Shown here piece by piece: positions 26,261 through 35,964 of a stretch of 45,851 nucleotides of DNA (position 1 is its first letter; every line of letters starts with the position of its first letter). The DNA comes from Candidatus Micrarchaeota archaeon. Its GTDB lineage: Archaea > Micrarchaeota > Micrarchaeia > Norongarragalinales > Norongarragalinaceae. The translations under genes and the position numbers were made by a program. The notes below the pieces were generated by a model. It did no database searches. It was not told the origin of the DNA and was given only the letters and a program-made list of their open reading frames with translations. The stretch is taken from positions 1 to 45,851 of the forward strand of contig JBDRBT010000021.1 in NCBI GenBank assembly GCA_043822385.1, given 5' to 3'.

Positions 26261-27106
26261 TTAATTAAACTTGTTTAAATCAGAAACAACCGCGCCCTTA
26301 ACTAACCCGTATTGTTCAGCAAAACCAGCGTTTGTTTCCAAAACAAAGGAAAAATCTTCACTAGAAACAATTAACGGGCAGTAAGAATTCAAGCAAGGCT
26401 GCGCATTGAATTCAGCATCAACAACCATGTACTCGTCATTCAAAAACACTAAGTCTAAAGGAAGCAATACGTCCCGCATCCAGAAACTCTGTTTGGAAGG
26501 CGCGTTGAATAAGAAAAGCATTCCGCAATTACTGCATAATTCATTACGGTTAGACAAACCCGCATTTTTTTCTGCAGGAGAAACAGCTAGCTCTAAACTA
26601 AGCATGGTTCCATCAGGTAAAGACAATGACTCTAAGTAAGCAGAATTCTTTTGGTTTGATTCAGCAATCAAAATACTCTGAAAATCAGTTAAAGCACCAC
26701 TACCAACCGCGCGGTCAAAAACAGGCGGCGTCATTACTGCAGATGAAGCAATTGGAATACTTAATTGAGTAAAAATGAAAGCGCCTAAAACAACCGCAAA
26801 TAAAGCTAAAACACTTAAAACAACTAAAAACGCTTTTCTACCTGGACTAACAATGTTTAATCCTTTTTCAGTTAACTCATAGTAAACCCACTTGCGGTGG
26901 CTCTCTACTCGAGAAACCAATCCTGCTTTCTCCATTGTAGCTAAGTGAGTGGAAACCGCTTGAACACTAATTTCTAAATCAGTGGAAAGCTCGCTTGCAG
27001 TCATCTTTCTCTCGTTAAGCTTTTTCAAAATACTAACCCGAGTATCAGAAGACAAAGCCTTGAACGACTCCGCGTCTAAAACAATTTTAGCGTTACTTTC
27101 ATCCAT
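26261..27106 (-). CDS. ArsR-type HTH - TM - DUF192 fusion protein
   Basis: FKALSSDTRVSILK...HL...GLV HTH, one TM, then GL..R...GMLFLF...FWMRD..LPLD...VLETNAG (DUF192). Confidence 0.85.
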   Translation of the reverse strand: MDESNAKIVLDAESFKALSSDTRVSILKKLNERKMTASELSTDLEISVQAVSTHLATMEKAGLVSRVESHRKWVYYELTEKGLNIVSPGRKAFLVVLSVLALFAVVLGAFIFTQLSIPIASSAVMTPPVFDRAVGSGALTDFQSILIAESNQKNSAYLESLSLPDGTMLSLELAVSPAEKNAGLSNRNELCSNCGMLFLFNAPSKQSFWMRDVLLPLDLVFLNDEYMVVDAEFNAQPCLNSYCPLIVSSEDFSFVLETNAGFAEQYGLVKGAVVSDLNKFN

Positions 27107-27197
27107 TTCATAAACAATTCAAAAAACAGCTAATAAAAACACTAGCTTTTGCTCAACAAAAACCCTTAACTAGCAAAAAACAATTAATGAATTAAAA

Positions 27198-27749
27198 ATG
27201 AATAAGCAATTACTATTTTTCTTGTTGTGTGCGTCACTATTAACCGCACAACAATTTGATAACTGCCCAGGCGTATACAACCCAGACCAAGCTGATACTG
27301 ACGGCGACGGCATAGGCGATGCATGCGATACTACTCCTTACGGAGACAACGGCGAATTCACTCCCACAGCCACGCCAACTCCAACAATAACGCCAACGCC
27401 TAATCCTTCTTCAAACCCTGATGCAACGCCCTCTTTAAATCCTTCTGAAAACCCGAATGCAACTCCCTCCTCAAACCCTGATGGAAGCCCAATTAATATT
27501 CCTACAATCAACCCTAATGAAAACCCTAACGCAACTCCGACGCAAGAAGAACCAACCGCAACACCCTTAAGTCCGGGGGAAAACATTACTCCCAGCCCTG
27601 AAAACCCCACGCCTCAGCAAGAACAAACAACAAACCAAAAAATTCAACAATACAGTGAAGAATTAAGCGAAAACTCGTTTTTTTCACTTTTCGTGTTGGC
27701 ACTAATTTTAATTGCAGCAATAATATTAATCAGGAAAAAATTCGGTTAA
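27198..27749 (+). CDS. Surface protein: thrombospondin type-3 Ca-binding repeat, Pro/Thr/Asn stalk, C-terminal TM anchor
   Basis: Signal peptide, DNCPGVYNPDQADTDGDGIGDACD, NPxxNPxATP repeats, TM followed by RKK. Confidence 0.85.
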   Translation: MNKQLLFFLLCASLLTAQQFDNCPGVYNPDQADTDGDGIGDACDTTPYGDNGEFTPTATPTPTITPTPNPSSNPDATPSLNPSENPNATPSSNPDGSPINIPTINPNENPNATPTQEEPTATPLSPGENITPSPENPTPQQEQTTNQKIQQYSEELSENSFFSLFVLALILIAAIILIRKKFG

Positions 27750-28501
27750 AAATCAAGCAATTCTTTTTGCTTCCGCTGCAAGCCTTTTATTCGAGAAGAA
27801 GGATTTGAAACTTCGTAATCCAGCTTAAAGTACTCGAAACCATCGTTGTACAGCATTTTCAAAGCATTCTCAGTAATGTTAGGAGAACAAAGAATTCCTC
27901 GCACTCTCTTGCCTTTGCGTTTCTGAAGTTCTTCCACATATCTTTTCAGTTGAGTAACTGAATCCAAACCCGCATTCCTGCGTTTTAATTCAATTACAAC
28001 TAAATTTCCTGCAGAATCAGTAGCTAAAATATCAACACTCCCTTTAAGCGAGGAAGACTCATTCTTCAAGGGAGTCAAACCAGGTTCAATCAAATGCAAG
28101 TCCTTCATTAATTCCTGCGCTAATTGTTTTTCAGAACCAAACAACTTCAACGACTCGTCATCACTCATTGGGAAAGAGTCAACAAAAAAAACTTTAGAGA
28201 AACTAACTTCAATGTGTTCAGCAACTGGCTTCAATCTCTCTGACTTAACTAACAAGCAACAATCATTCAATTCAACGCTAGTTTTAGAACCAGGACCCTG
28301 GTAATTAATAGCCGCCATCTTGCTTTTCTGGTGAACGAGGAACGTGCCGTCAGGCTTTATTACAAGCAACCGGTCGCCTTCACTGAGTTTTGAAGCAGCC
28401 CTGCCGGAATACTTTACTAGGCATTTGCCAAGAACTAAAACTAGTTCACTAGAGTCAAGACCGCGTTTTATTCCTGCAAGCGCTTCATTGAGTGAAATCA
28501 T
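27746..28501 (-). CDS. nucS: Mismatch-specific endonuclease NucS/EndoMS
   Basis: C.V.YSGRA.S.L..GDRL..IKPDG, VDIL, VIELKR and QLKRY motifs. Confidence 0.93.
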   Translation of the reverse strand: MISLNEALAGIKRGLDSSELVLVLGKCLVKYSGRAASKLSEGDRLLVIKPDGTFLVHQKSKMAAINYQGPGSKTSVELNDCCLLVKSERLKPVAEHIEVSFSKVFFVDSFPMSDDESLKLFGSEKQLAQELMKDLHLIEPGLTPLKNESSSLKGSVDILATDSAGNLVVIELKRRNAGLDSVTQLKRYVEELQKRKGKRVRGILCSPNITENALKMLYNDGFEYFKLDYEVSNPSSRIKGLQRKQKELLDF

Positions 28502-28547
28502 AGCAATAAAAATACTTTCATGCAATTAAATTAATTGTTGTTTGAAC

Positions 28548-29576
28548 ATGATTTGGCTGTTACTCGCTTCAATGCTCTTGACTTTCTTGATTACGCTATT
28601 CATTACTCCTTACTTCATGCGTTTCTTTTTGAATACTAGCGTAATTGCAATAGACCAACAAAAACAAAACAAACCAGTAGTACCTACTTCAGGCGGAATG
28701 CCGGTTGTGTTTTCGTTCTTCATTGGAATGTTGTTGTGCGTTGCAATAAACACATTCTGGTTAAAGGAAAACCTTGACTTAATTCAAATAATTGCCGCAT
28801 TGCTCTCAATATTCGCTATTTCCCTCATGGGTTTTTTTGACGACTTATACGTAAAGAAATTCTTGAACAAAAATGCTTCAGACGCAATTGAATACAGAGT
28901 TGGATTAAAACAATGGATGAAACCCTTGCTCACGCTATTCGCTGCAGTTCCGTTAATGGCAGTAAACGCTGGAGTAAACAGCATGGTGTTCCCGTTCATC
29001 GGCGTAATTGACTTGGGACTCTTATACCCTTTACTCTTGCTGCCAATAGCAATTGTTGCAGTATCAAACGCTACCAACATGCTCGCGGGAATAAACGGCT
29101 TGGAATCAGGAATGATGATTATAGCTGCTTCAGCTTTAGGAGTATGGGCGTTAATGAACGGCAGAACTGAAGGCGCAATAATCGCCTTCGTAGGTGTTGC
29201 TTCACTCTTAGCTTTCTTGAAATTCAATTGGTCTCCAGCTAAAATGCTTCCAGGCGATTCCCTCACTTACTTTTCAGGCGCAATGTTCGCTTCAGCAGTA
29301 ATAATTGGAAACGTAGAAAAGTTTGGTTTAGTTTTATTTACTCCGTGGATTATCGAGTTCTTCTTGAAACTGCGGGGAGGATTCAAGAAACGTTCTTACG
29401 GAGACTTGCAAGCAGGAGGATGGATTAAAACTCCTTACAAAAAAATTTATTCCTTAACTCACGTAGCAATGAAATTATTAGGAAGAAAAGCAACAGAAAG
29501 AAACATTTCACTACTTTTAATTAGCTTTGAATTACTGGTAGTCGCAATTGCCTTCCTTACAGTGAAACCAATTTAA
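28548..29576 (+). CDS. aglH: UDP-GlcNAc:dolichyl-phosphate GlcNAc-1-P transferase (MraY/GPT family)
   Basis: GFFDD, NATNMLAGINGLE and FNWSPAKMLPGD motifs; adjacent to aglB. Confidence 0.85.
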   Translation: MIWLLLASMLLTFLITLFITPYFMRFFLNTSVIAIDQQKQNKPVVPTSGGMPVVFSFFIGMLLCVAINTFWLKENLDLIQIIAALLSIFAISLMGFFDDLYVKKFLNKNASDAIEYRVGLKQWMKPLLTLFAAVPLMAVNAGVNSMVFPFIGVIDLGLLYPLLLLPIAIVAVSNATNMLAGINGLESGMMIIAASALGVWALMNGRTEGAIIAFVGVASLLAFLKFNWSPAKMLPGDSLTYFSGAMFASAVIIGNVEKFGLVLFTPWIIEFFLKLRGGFKKRSYGDLQAGGWIKTPYKKIYSLTHVAMKLLGRKATERNISLLLISFELLVVAIAFLTVKPI

Positions 29577-32293
29577 TTATTCAACTTGAATATTTTGACT
29601 TGACCGTTAGGTGAAACGTATTCAACACTAAATCCAGGCAGGTTCTCGAAAAAGAACAAGCGAGTAAACGGCGCATCAATAACCTTGCTTTCTAATTCAC
29701 CTAAGTAAGGATTAACATTCAAAATAGCATTTTGAAACATTGTTACGTAAGCAGTTTCATTTGAAATAGTGTCTCCCAAAACAATTACTTTTAACGGAAT
29801 TGCTTTCAAAGTACCATCTTGGTTTAGTAACAGCAAGTCTTCGTTAGTAATGCAATACGTAGGTCCTAAAGTAGACTTCAATAAAGGCAGTTGCACTGGA
29901 GAAACGCTTGACGGACACTCACCAACGTTCTGCAAAAACTCGAAATAATGCGTTAACTCGTAAGTACTCTGGCCAGGACCAACCTCCCAATTCGGAATTC
30001 CTTTCACTGCAGGGCAATTAGGAGCTATTTGCGAATCGCAAGAACCACTCAAGAAAACTAAAGCGCCCCACTTGAAAATCAAGTCTGAATCAAGCAAAAT
30101 ATAGTTAGCACCATGCCGCTTCATTACGCTAACTAATTCAGCTCTATCACCATCAACTAAAGCGTGTGCGGTTTCCTGGTCGAATTCAGGGTGAACATTA
30201 CCAGGATCTAAAACGCTTTTTCTCTCGCCAAAGAAAGTAATCCAATGACCGTAATCCCACCAAGAAATAAACCTTGAATCCGGCGCAGTGTTTTCTCGAA
30301 TCCACTTCATTGAATCAAGCCAGTCTGGAGAAATGTGCGAATAAGACAAGTCAGTCATTGCTTTATCAAAACGAGACAAGTCAGAACCAGTTGCTGGACC
30401 AAAGCCTTGAAGCAATACAGCGAAAACACCAACGAACAAAATTAATCCAAGAACATACGAATGCATTGTTTTCTCGTTAATCATTTTGACTTCTTCATTC
30501 AATTGCTTTAACAAAACGAATAATTCACCAAGCAACAATCCTAAAGCAATAGTTAACACTGCAGCCAAGTGGAAAGTGTACTTTAATTTGCTTAAGCCAA
30601 CGAAAGCAACAGGAAAAACAATTAATACAGCCAAGAGAAGGAAGAAGCGTTTCTCTTCACTAGAAAACAAAATAATTAGTGCAGCAAGAAGACTCAAACC
30701 CATATACAAAAATACGTCCTGGCTTGAAAAGAATGAAGCTAAATCACTAGAAACAACGTTCGAAACAACTTCATCCAACTGCGCATTAAAGAACGTAAAC
30801 ACGATAAACAAGACTAGGAATGCCCAAGCCAACTTAGAGTGTTTCTTGCGCAAGTAAAAGAAAGCACTAAAGCACAAAATGAGCGTAATCGCTAACATCA
30901 AGAAAGGCGGGTTCAGTATGCCGTAAGCATTCTCGAATAATTCTAGACTACTAGCGCCTTCTTCTTGAATTGTTTTAGACAAAGGCGAAGCGGTTTTCGC
31001 GAAACCAGTTAAAACAGAAGGATAATTCAAAACCATGTTGCCTACAGGTGTTAAAAGCAAGAACAACGCGCCTACAGCAACCAAGCCACCTACAACTAGT
31101 TTTTTGGATAATTTCTTTTTTTGAGCAAAATAAAACAAGGCAAAAGGAACGAAAGTCAAAACCATTAATTCAACGCCAATAGAAATTGAAGGCAATATTT
31201 CACTCAAAGAAATTCTTTGGTAAAAAATGTAAACCAAGTCACTCAATAAAGCCGAGCCAGCAAGCATGCCGACAATAATCAAGTCTTTCTTTTCTACTGA
31301 ACCACTCAAGTAATCAATAAAGGATTTAAACAACAAGAATGAAGCAATAACCATTAATCCCCAAATATAGTTTGACGAGGAAAGAACATTGAAAGCCAGG
31401 AACAAGGCAGCAAGCAAGCCAAGCCGGTAACTCTTATCCCTAAACGCCAAGTAAACTAAAGCAAATAAAGCAACTGCAATGAATATACCCCAAGGCTGTA
31501 ACTCGAATACTCCCGCAGACATTTTAGTAATCAATTGCGGCGTGAAAGCAACGAATCCAGCTGCAATCAAACCCAAGTACTCAGAATAATCCCTTTTAAA
31601 CAACAAGAAAACAAAAAACGCCATTAATGCGCCGACTAACGGCGGGTAAAACCCGTTAGCTAGAATAAAACCATCCTTGTCAAACCCCCGTCCCTCGAAA
31701 AACGAGAAACTCGAGTAAAAAGAAGCAGTTAAATACGAAACCAAGGGACGAATTTCCCGGTCGTACACGCCCAGTTCAGGCTGGTCAACAGTGTAATACA
31801 CTTCATCGCTGTAATACTCTACTTGGCCGTTAACTAACACGTCTTGAGATATTTTAGCGTAAAAATAAGGGTCGAACTCGAAAAAGTCATTATTCCAACT
31901 CGTTGCAATGCGCGGGTAAAAAGAAAAAAGCATTATTACTAACAAAATCAAGTGAATGTGGTTTTTCTTCAAGAAACCCAAGGGATTAGTGAAACTAATT
32001 TCAGGCAAACGCAAGTAATCCTGCTTATACAACAATAATATTCCGATTACCGTCAGCAATAACGCGTTGAATAATACAAGAAAGAAACTAAACTTTAAAC
32101 CCAAAAAAGTATTGAATAAAGCACTCAACAAGGGATTGAGAGTAATGCCTAAAACGATTCCTATAATGAATTGTTCAAACAAACCAAGCTTTGTTCCCTT
32201 CAATAACGCTCTTGCAATAAGCACGCCGGGAATCAGAAACAACAAGGAACTTAAAATAAAAGCTATTATTCCAGGAAGCAATTCAACATCCAC
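29573..32293 (-). CDS. aglB: Oligosaccharyltransferase AglB (STT3)
   Basis: EFDPYF, TIQE and SWWDYGHW motifs, D.DL..KW (DK-like) motif; many TM. Confidence 0.93.
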   Translation of the reverse strand: MDVELLPGIIAFILSSLLFLIPGVLIARALLKGTKLGLFEQFIIGIVLGITLNPLLSALFNTFLGLKFSFFLVLFNALLLTVIGILLLYKQDYLRLPEISFTNPLGFLKKNHIHLILLVIMLFSFYPRIATSWNNDFFEFDPYFYAKISQDVLVNGQVEYYSDEVYYTVDQPELGVYDREIRPLVSYLTASFYSSFSFFEGRGFDKDGFILANGFYPPLVGALMAFFVFLLFKRDYSEYLGLIAAGFVAFTPQLITKMSAGVFELQPWGIFIAVALFALVYLAFRDKSYRLGLLAALFLAFNVLSSSNYIWGLMVIASFLLFKSFIDYLSGSVEKKDLIIVGMLAGSALLSDLVYIFYQRISLSEILPSISIGVELMVLTFVPFALFYFAQKKKLSKKLVVGGLVAVGALFLLLTPVGNMVLNYPSVLTGFAKTASPLSKTIQEEGASSLELFENAYGILNPPFLMLAITLILCFSAFFYLRKKHSKLAWAFLVLFIVFTFFNAQLDEVVSNVVSSDLASFFSSQDVFLYMGLSLLAALIILFSSEEKRFFLLLAVLIVFPVAFVGLSKLKYTFHLAAVLTIALGLLLGELFVLLKQLNEEVKMINEKTMHSYVLGLILFVGVFAVLLQGFGPATGSDLSRFDKAMTDLSYSHISPDWLDSMKWIRENTAPDSRFISWWDYGHWITFFGERKSVLDPGNVHPEFDQETAHALVDGDRAELVSVMKRHGANYILLDSDLIFKWGALVFLSGSCDSQIAPNCPAVKGIPNWEVGPGQSTYELTHYFEFLQNVGECPSSVSPVQLPLLKSTLGPTYCITNEDLLLLNQDGTLKAIPLKVIVLGDTISNETAYVTMFQNAILNVNPYLGELESKVIDAPFTRLFFFENLPGFSVEYVSPNGQVKIFKLNN

Positions 32294-32389
32294 CCACTTT
32301 AAAACAAAAACTGAAAGAAATCAAAGAATTAAATAACAATAGTAAATTAATATCATCTTAATATAAAAAACGTTATTTTAAGTGAATCA

Positions 32390-33637
32390 ATGAACAAGAA
32401 ACTCGCTCTAGCACTCGTGCCCTTCCTAGCACTAGCGTTATTCTCGCTTTCATTCAACGCTTTTTCTTCAGATGAATACGCTTACTTAACTACAGGCAAA
32501 GCGTTCGCGCAAGGAACAACAAGCGGTTACACTGACTTAGACCGTTTTCCCTTGTACCCCTTTACTCTAGGCGCATTATTCAATGTTTTTGGTTATTCAG
32601 AAGTAATTGCACGGCTTTTCTCGATTCTCTTGGGCGCAGCAGGAATAATACTAACCTTCCTTTTAGCTAGAAAACTCGCGGGGGAAGAAACAGCGTTCTG
32701 GAGTGCCTTGCTCGTAGCAGTAAACCCTTTTTACGCTTACTTGTCAACGCGAATACTTACTGAACCCTTGTTCTTCGCTTTATTCCTAGCTTCAATATAC
32801 GCTTTATTCAAAGCAAAAGAATGGCGCGGCTACGCAATCTTTGGCATCCTCACTGGACTAACGTTCTTAACGCGGTACTTAGGCGCTTACTTGCTTCTAG
32901 CAGCAGGAGTGTACGCTTTCTTCTGGAAGAAAAGCGAGTTAACAATAAAAAACTCGCTCAGCGTTCTAGCAGGCTTTATTTTAGCATTAATTCCTTGGAT
33001 GGCTTGGAGCCAGAACGAAACAGGAAACCCGTTTGGCTTTGCAATAAACTTCTTGAAAAACCAACTCGCGTTGAATGAAACCGCGTTCTCTCTCCCAGAC
33101 AAGATTCCGCTTTACGCTCTTGGAATACTCATTCTAATGGCTGCAGCCAGCTTTGCTCTTTATTTCGCATTAAAAAAACAAAACAAGAAACTCGCTTTGC
33201 TTTACGCCGCAATTCTATCCGCATGGGTTAGTATGGAAGCATACGGACTACTGGGAAATACGCCGTTGCTGCGTTACGCGGTTCCGTTAGTGCCGTTAAT
33301 AGCAATAATTTGCGTTGACGCGGTACCCAAAGGATTCTGGTTTAAATTATTGAAGGCAGCGATTGCAGTAAACTTTATTCTAGCATTAATCGTGATTGCT
33401 TTCTTTGGTTCTTACTCTAAATACAACGGCTACAGGGAAGCAGGGTTATACGCTGCAGAACACTGCACAACAATTGATTCAAACATCCAGAGAATAATTG
33501 AGCACTATTCTGGAAAAAGAAACACGCTTAACGCTGAGTGCATTGTTGAAAGTAGTTTCGACGGAAAAATAGAAATACCAAGTGGTTATTACTTAGTATT
33601 CCAAAGCAAGGGAGTGAATGTTTATGAAAAAACTTGA
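32390..33637 (+). CDS. GT-C glycosyltransferase (ArnT/PMT-like)
   Basis: SDEYAY after TM1, RFPLYP, ARL, ILTE, LTRY and RYAVP motifs; polytopic. Confidence 0.85.
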   Translation: MNKKLALALVPFLALALFSLSFNAFSSDEYAYLTTGKAFAQGTTSGYTDLDRFPLYPFTLGALFNVFGYSEVIARLFSILLGAAGIILTFLLARKLAGEETAFWSALLVAVNPFYAYLSTRILTEPLFFALFLASIYALFKAKEWRGYAIFGILTGLTFLTRYLGAYLLLAAGVYAFFWKKSELTIKNSLSVLAGFILALIPWMAWSQNETGNPFGFAINFLKNQLALNETAFSLPDKIPLYALGILILMAAASFALYFALKKQNKKLALLYAAILSAWVSMEAYGLLGNTPLLRYAVPLVPLIAIICVDAVPKGFWFKLLKAAIAVNFILALIVIAFFGSYSKYNGYREAGLYAAEHCTTIDSNIQRIIEHYSGKRNTLNAECIVESSFDGKIEIPSGYYLVFQSKGVNVYEKT

Positions 33638-34307
33638 CGCGAAAACTAGTGAAAAAATAATCGCGCTACTCCCAACATTAAACGAAGAGGAAGGACTTCC
33701 AATCATCATTAAGGGACTCAAGAAAATAGGCGTTAAAAAATTCATTGTTATTGACGGAAACAGCACTGACAAAACACAAGAAATTGCTAAACGCGAGGAT
33801 TGTGAATTAATTTTGCAGGAAGGAAAAGGAAAAGGACGCGGCTTCGTGTCTTTCTTGAAGAAACACGCGATTCAAGAAAACAAGTATTACGTAATGCTTG
33901 ATGCAGACGACACTTACGACCCTAACGACTTGCCGCGACTAGTAAAAGAATTAGACGCTGGCTATGACGTTGTTATAGGTGAAAGACAACAAGACATGCG
34001 TACTCTCCGGGATGTTTACCACGTTATTGGCGCTAAAGGAATCTCTTTATTCGGTTCAATAGTTTACCAAAAATGGAATCCAGACATTTGCACTGGCTAC
34101 TGGGCATTCACTGGAAAAGCATTGAAGAAAATGAATGTTGACGCCCAAAGATTTGATTTGGAAGCAGCATTATTTTCAGAAACATGCAAGAAACACTTGA
34201 AATTGAAAGTAGTTCCTATTTCTTACAAAGACCGGGTTGGTAAAGGAAAACTACACGCTTACGACGCTATAAGCATCGCAGTTAAACTCCTGGAAAAAAG
34301 GTTTTGA
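33624..34307 (+). CDS. GT2 polyprenol-phosphate glycosyltransferase (DPM1/ArnC/AglJ-like)
   Basis: PTLNEE, IDGNSTDKT, GKG, DADDTY, DICTGY and R.G..KL motifs. Confidence 0.9.
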   Translation: MKKLDAKTSEKIIALLPTLNEEEGLPIIIKGLKKIGVKKFIVIDGNSTDKTQEIAKREDCELILQEGKGKGRGFVSFLKKHAIQENKYYVMLDADDTYDPNDLPRLVKELDAGYDVVIGERQQDMRTLRDVYHVIGAKGISLFGSIVYQKWNPDICTGYWAFTGKALKKMNVDAQRFDLEAALFSETCKKHLKLKVVPISYKDRVGKGKLHAYDAISIAVKLLEKRF

Positions 34308-34313
34308 AAAAAA

Positions 34314-35147
34314 ATGTTTGCATTCCGCATTGATGTAGATTGTTCGCACGGCTTAACGAAGGGAGCACCGAAAATACTTGAAATACTCAACGAACTAGAA
34401 ATGAAAGCGAGTTTTTATCCAGTTACTGGCGGGGAAACTGGTTTTTTTGAAGCAATGCAATCGAAAAGCAAGGAAAAAACGAGTTTGAAGGGAGTAAAAC
34501 TGCCGAAACTAGAAATACTGCGAATTGCTTTATTTCCTCAAAACTTTTTCTTGAAAAACTCTGAATTACTAAAAAAAATAAAAACTCAAGGACACGAGGT
34601 AGGTTGCCACGGCTGGAAACACCGCGAGTGGACTAAAGACTTAGAAAAACTCGATTTGCAAAACCGATTCACTAGAATAAACGAAGCTTTCGAAACGGTT
34701 TTTAGCGAAAAACCGAAGAGCTTTGCTTGCCCTGGTTTTAAAATCAACGAGAAAGTACTGCAAGCTCTTGACGATTTTGGTTACGCTTGTTCCGGTGACT
34801 TGAGTGGGGATTACGCGTTCAAGCCGGTTGTTAACGGGAAGGAATTTAATTGCGTGCAAGTGCCGGTTAACTGCAAGTTTGTTGATACTACTCCCTTGAT
34901 TGAATTCTTTTGGAAACAGGGTTTAAGCGACCCTGAAATAATTAAGAAAACGAGTGAATTCATTCTCAAGAAGGAAGATGAAGAAGGTTACGCAGTGTTT
35001 TACTGCCATGCTTTTTTTGAAGGAACACGCAAAACAAGCGTATTAAAGAAAGTTTTAGAGAGAGTGAAAGAAGCAGGCGTCAAAAACACTACGGTGGAAG
35101 CAATTGCTTTAAAATGCAGGAAAGAAAAAGAAATTAAGTTGGTTTGA
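34314..35147 (+). CDS. Polysaccharide deacetylase-family protein, ArnD-like deformylase
   Basis: N-terminal FRIDVD..GL..G.PK.LE.L, HEVGCHGWKH..W and YCHA..EG resemble ArnD. Confidence 0.75.
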   Translation: MFAFRIDVDCSHGLTKGAPKILEILNELEMKASFYPVTGGETGFFEAMQSKSKEKTSLKGVKLPKLEILRIALFPQNFFLKNSELLKKIKTQGHEVGCHGWKHREWTKDLEKLDLQNRFTRINEAFETVFSEKPKSFACPGFKINEKVLQALDDFGYACSGDLSGDYAFKPVVNGKEFNCVQVPVNCKFVDTTPLIEFFWKQGLSDPEIIKKTSEFILKKEDEEGYAVFYCHAFFEGTRKTSVLKKVLERVKEAGVKNTTVEAIALKCRKEKEIKLV

Positions 35148-35148
35148 A

Positions 35149-35958
35149 ATGAAGATTGGAATTATTGGAACTGGAGTAATGGGTGTGGGTATAAGCACTG
35201 TATTCCTGCAAAACGATTTTGAAACAATTGTTTTTTCTAGAAGCAAGGAAAGCGCTGAGAAAGCTGAAGCAAAAATAAAGAAAAACTTAGAGAAAGCGCT
35301 AGGAGAAAAAGCAGGAGAAGCAGTGAAAAAACTAAGCACTACAAACAACTTGCAGGACTTAATGCAGTGCGATTTTATTATTGAAAGCATTATTGAAGAC
35401 TTTTACGAGAAAAGAAAATTATTAAGCGAACTCAAAGAATTCCAGGGAATATTATGCACTAATACTTCCAGCTTGAGTGTTTCTAAACTCAGCGAGTACG
35501 CTAACGAAAAATTCGTTGGAATGCACTTCTTCAACCCAGCGCACAAAATGAAGCTAGTGGAAATCGTTGCTGGCGACACGACTCCAACAAACGTAATAAA
35601 CAAAACCAGGGAGTTAGCAGAAAAAATCGGTAAAACCCCGATTACAGTCAAGGACTCGCCTGGATTCGTTGTCAACCGCTTGCTAATGCCTTTCTTGAAT
35701 GAAGCAATCCTCACTCTAGAAGACGGGGTTGCTTCAAGAGAAGAAATTGATTCAGCAGCGCAATTAGGTTTAAACCACCCAATGGGGCCATTGAAATTAC
35801 TAGACTTAATTGGGTTAGACGTTTTCCTGGCAATAATGAATTCACTGTTCGAACAAACTAGTGAAGAAAAATTCAAGCCAGCTGAACTAGCAGTGAAAAT
35901 GGTTTCAGACGGAAAGCTAGGAATAAAAACAAAGCAAGGCTTCTACTCTTACGAGTGA
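35149..35958 (+). CDS. 3-hydroxyacyl(butyryl)-CoA dehydrogenase
   Basis: GTGVMG, TNTSSL, GMHFFNP, PGFVVNR, HPMGPL and D.IGLD motifs. Confidence 0.93.
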   Translation: MKIGIIGTGVMGVGISTVFLQNDFETIVFSRSKESAEKAEAKIKKNLEKALGEKAGEAVKKLSTTNNLQDLMQCDFIIESIIEDFYEKRKLLSELKEFQGILCTNTSSLSVSKLSEYANEKFVGMHFFNPAHKMKLVEIVAGDTTPTNVINKTRELAEKIGKTPITVKDSPGFVVNRLLMPFLNEAILTLEDGVASREEIDSAAQLGLNHPMGPLKLLDLIGLDVFLAIMNSLFEQTSEEKFKPAELAVKMVSDGKLGIKTKQGFYSYE

Positions 35959-35964
35959 AAATTA

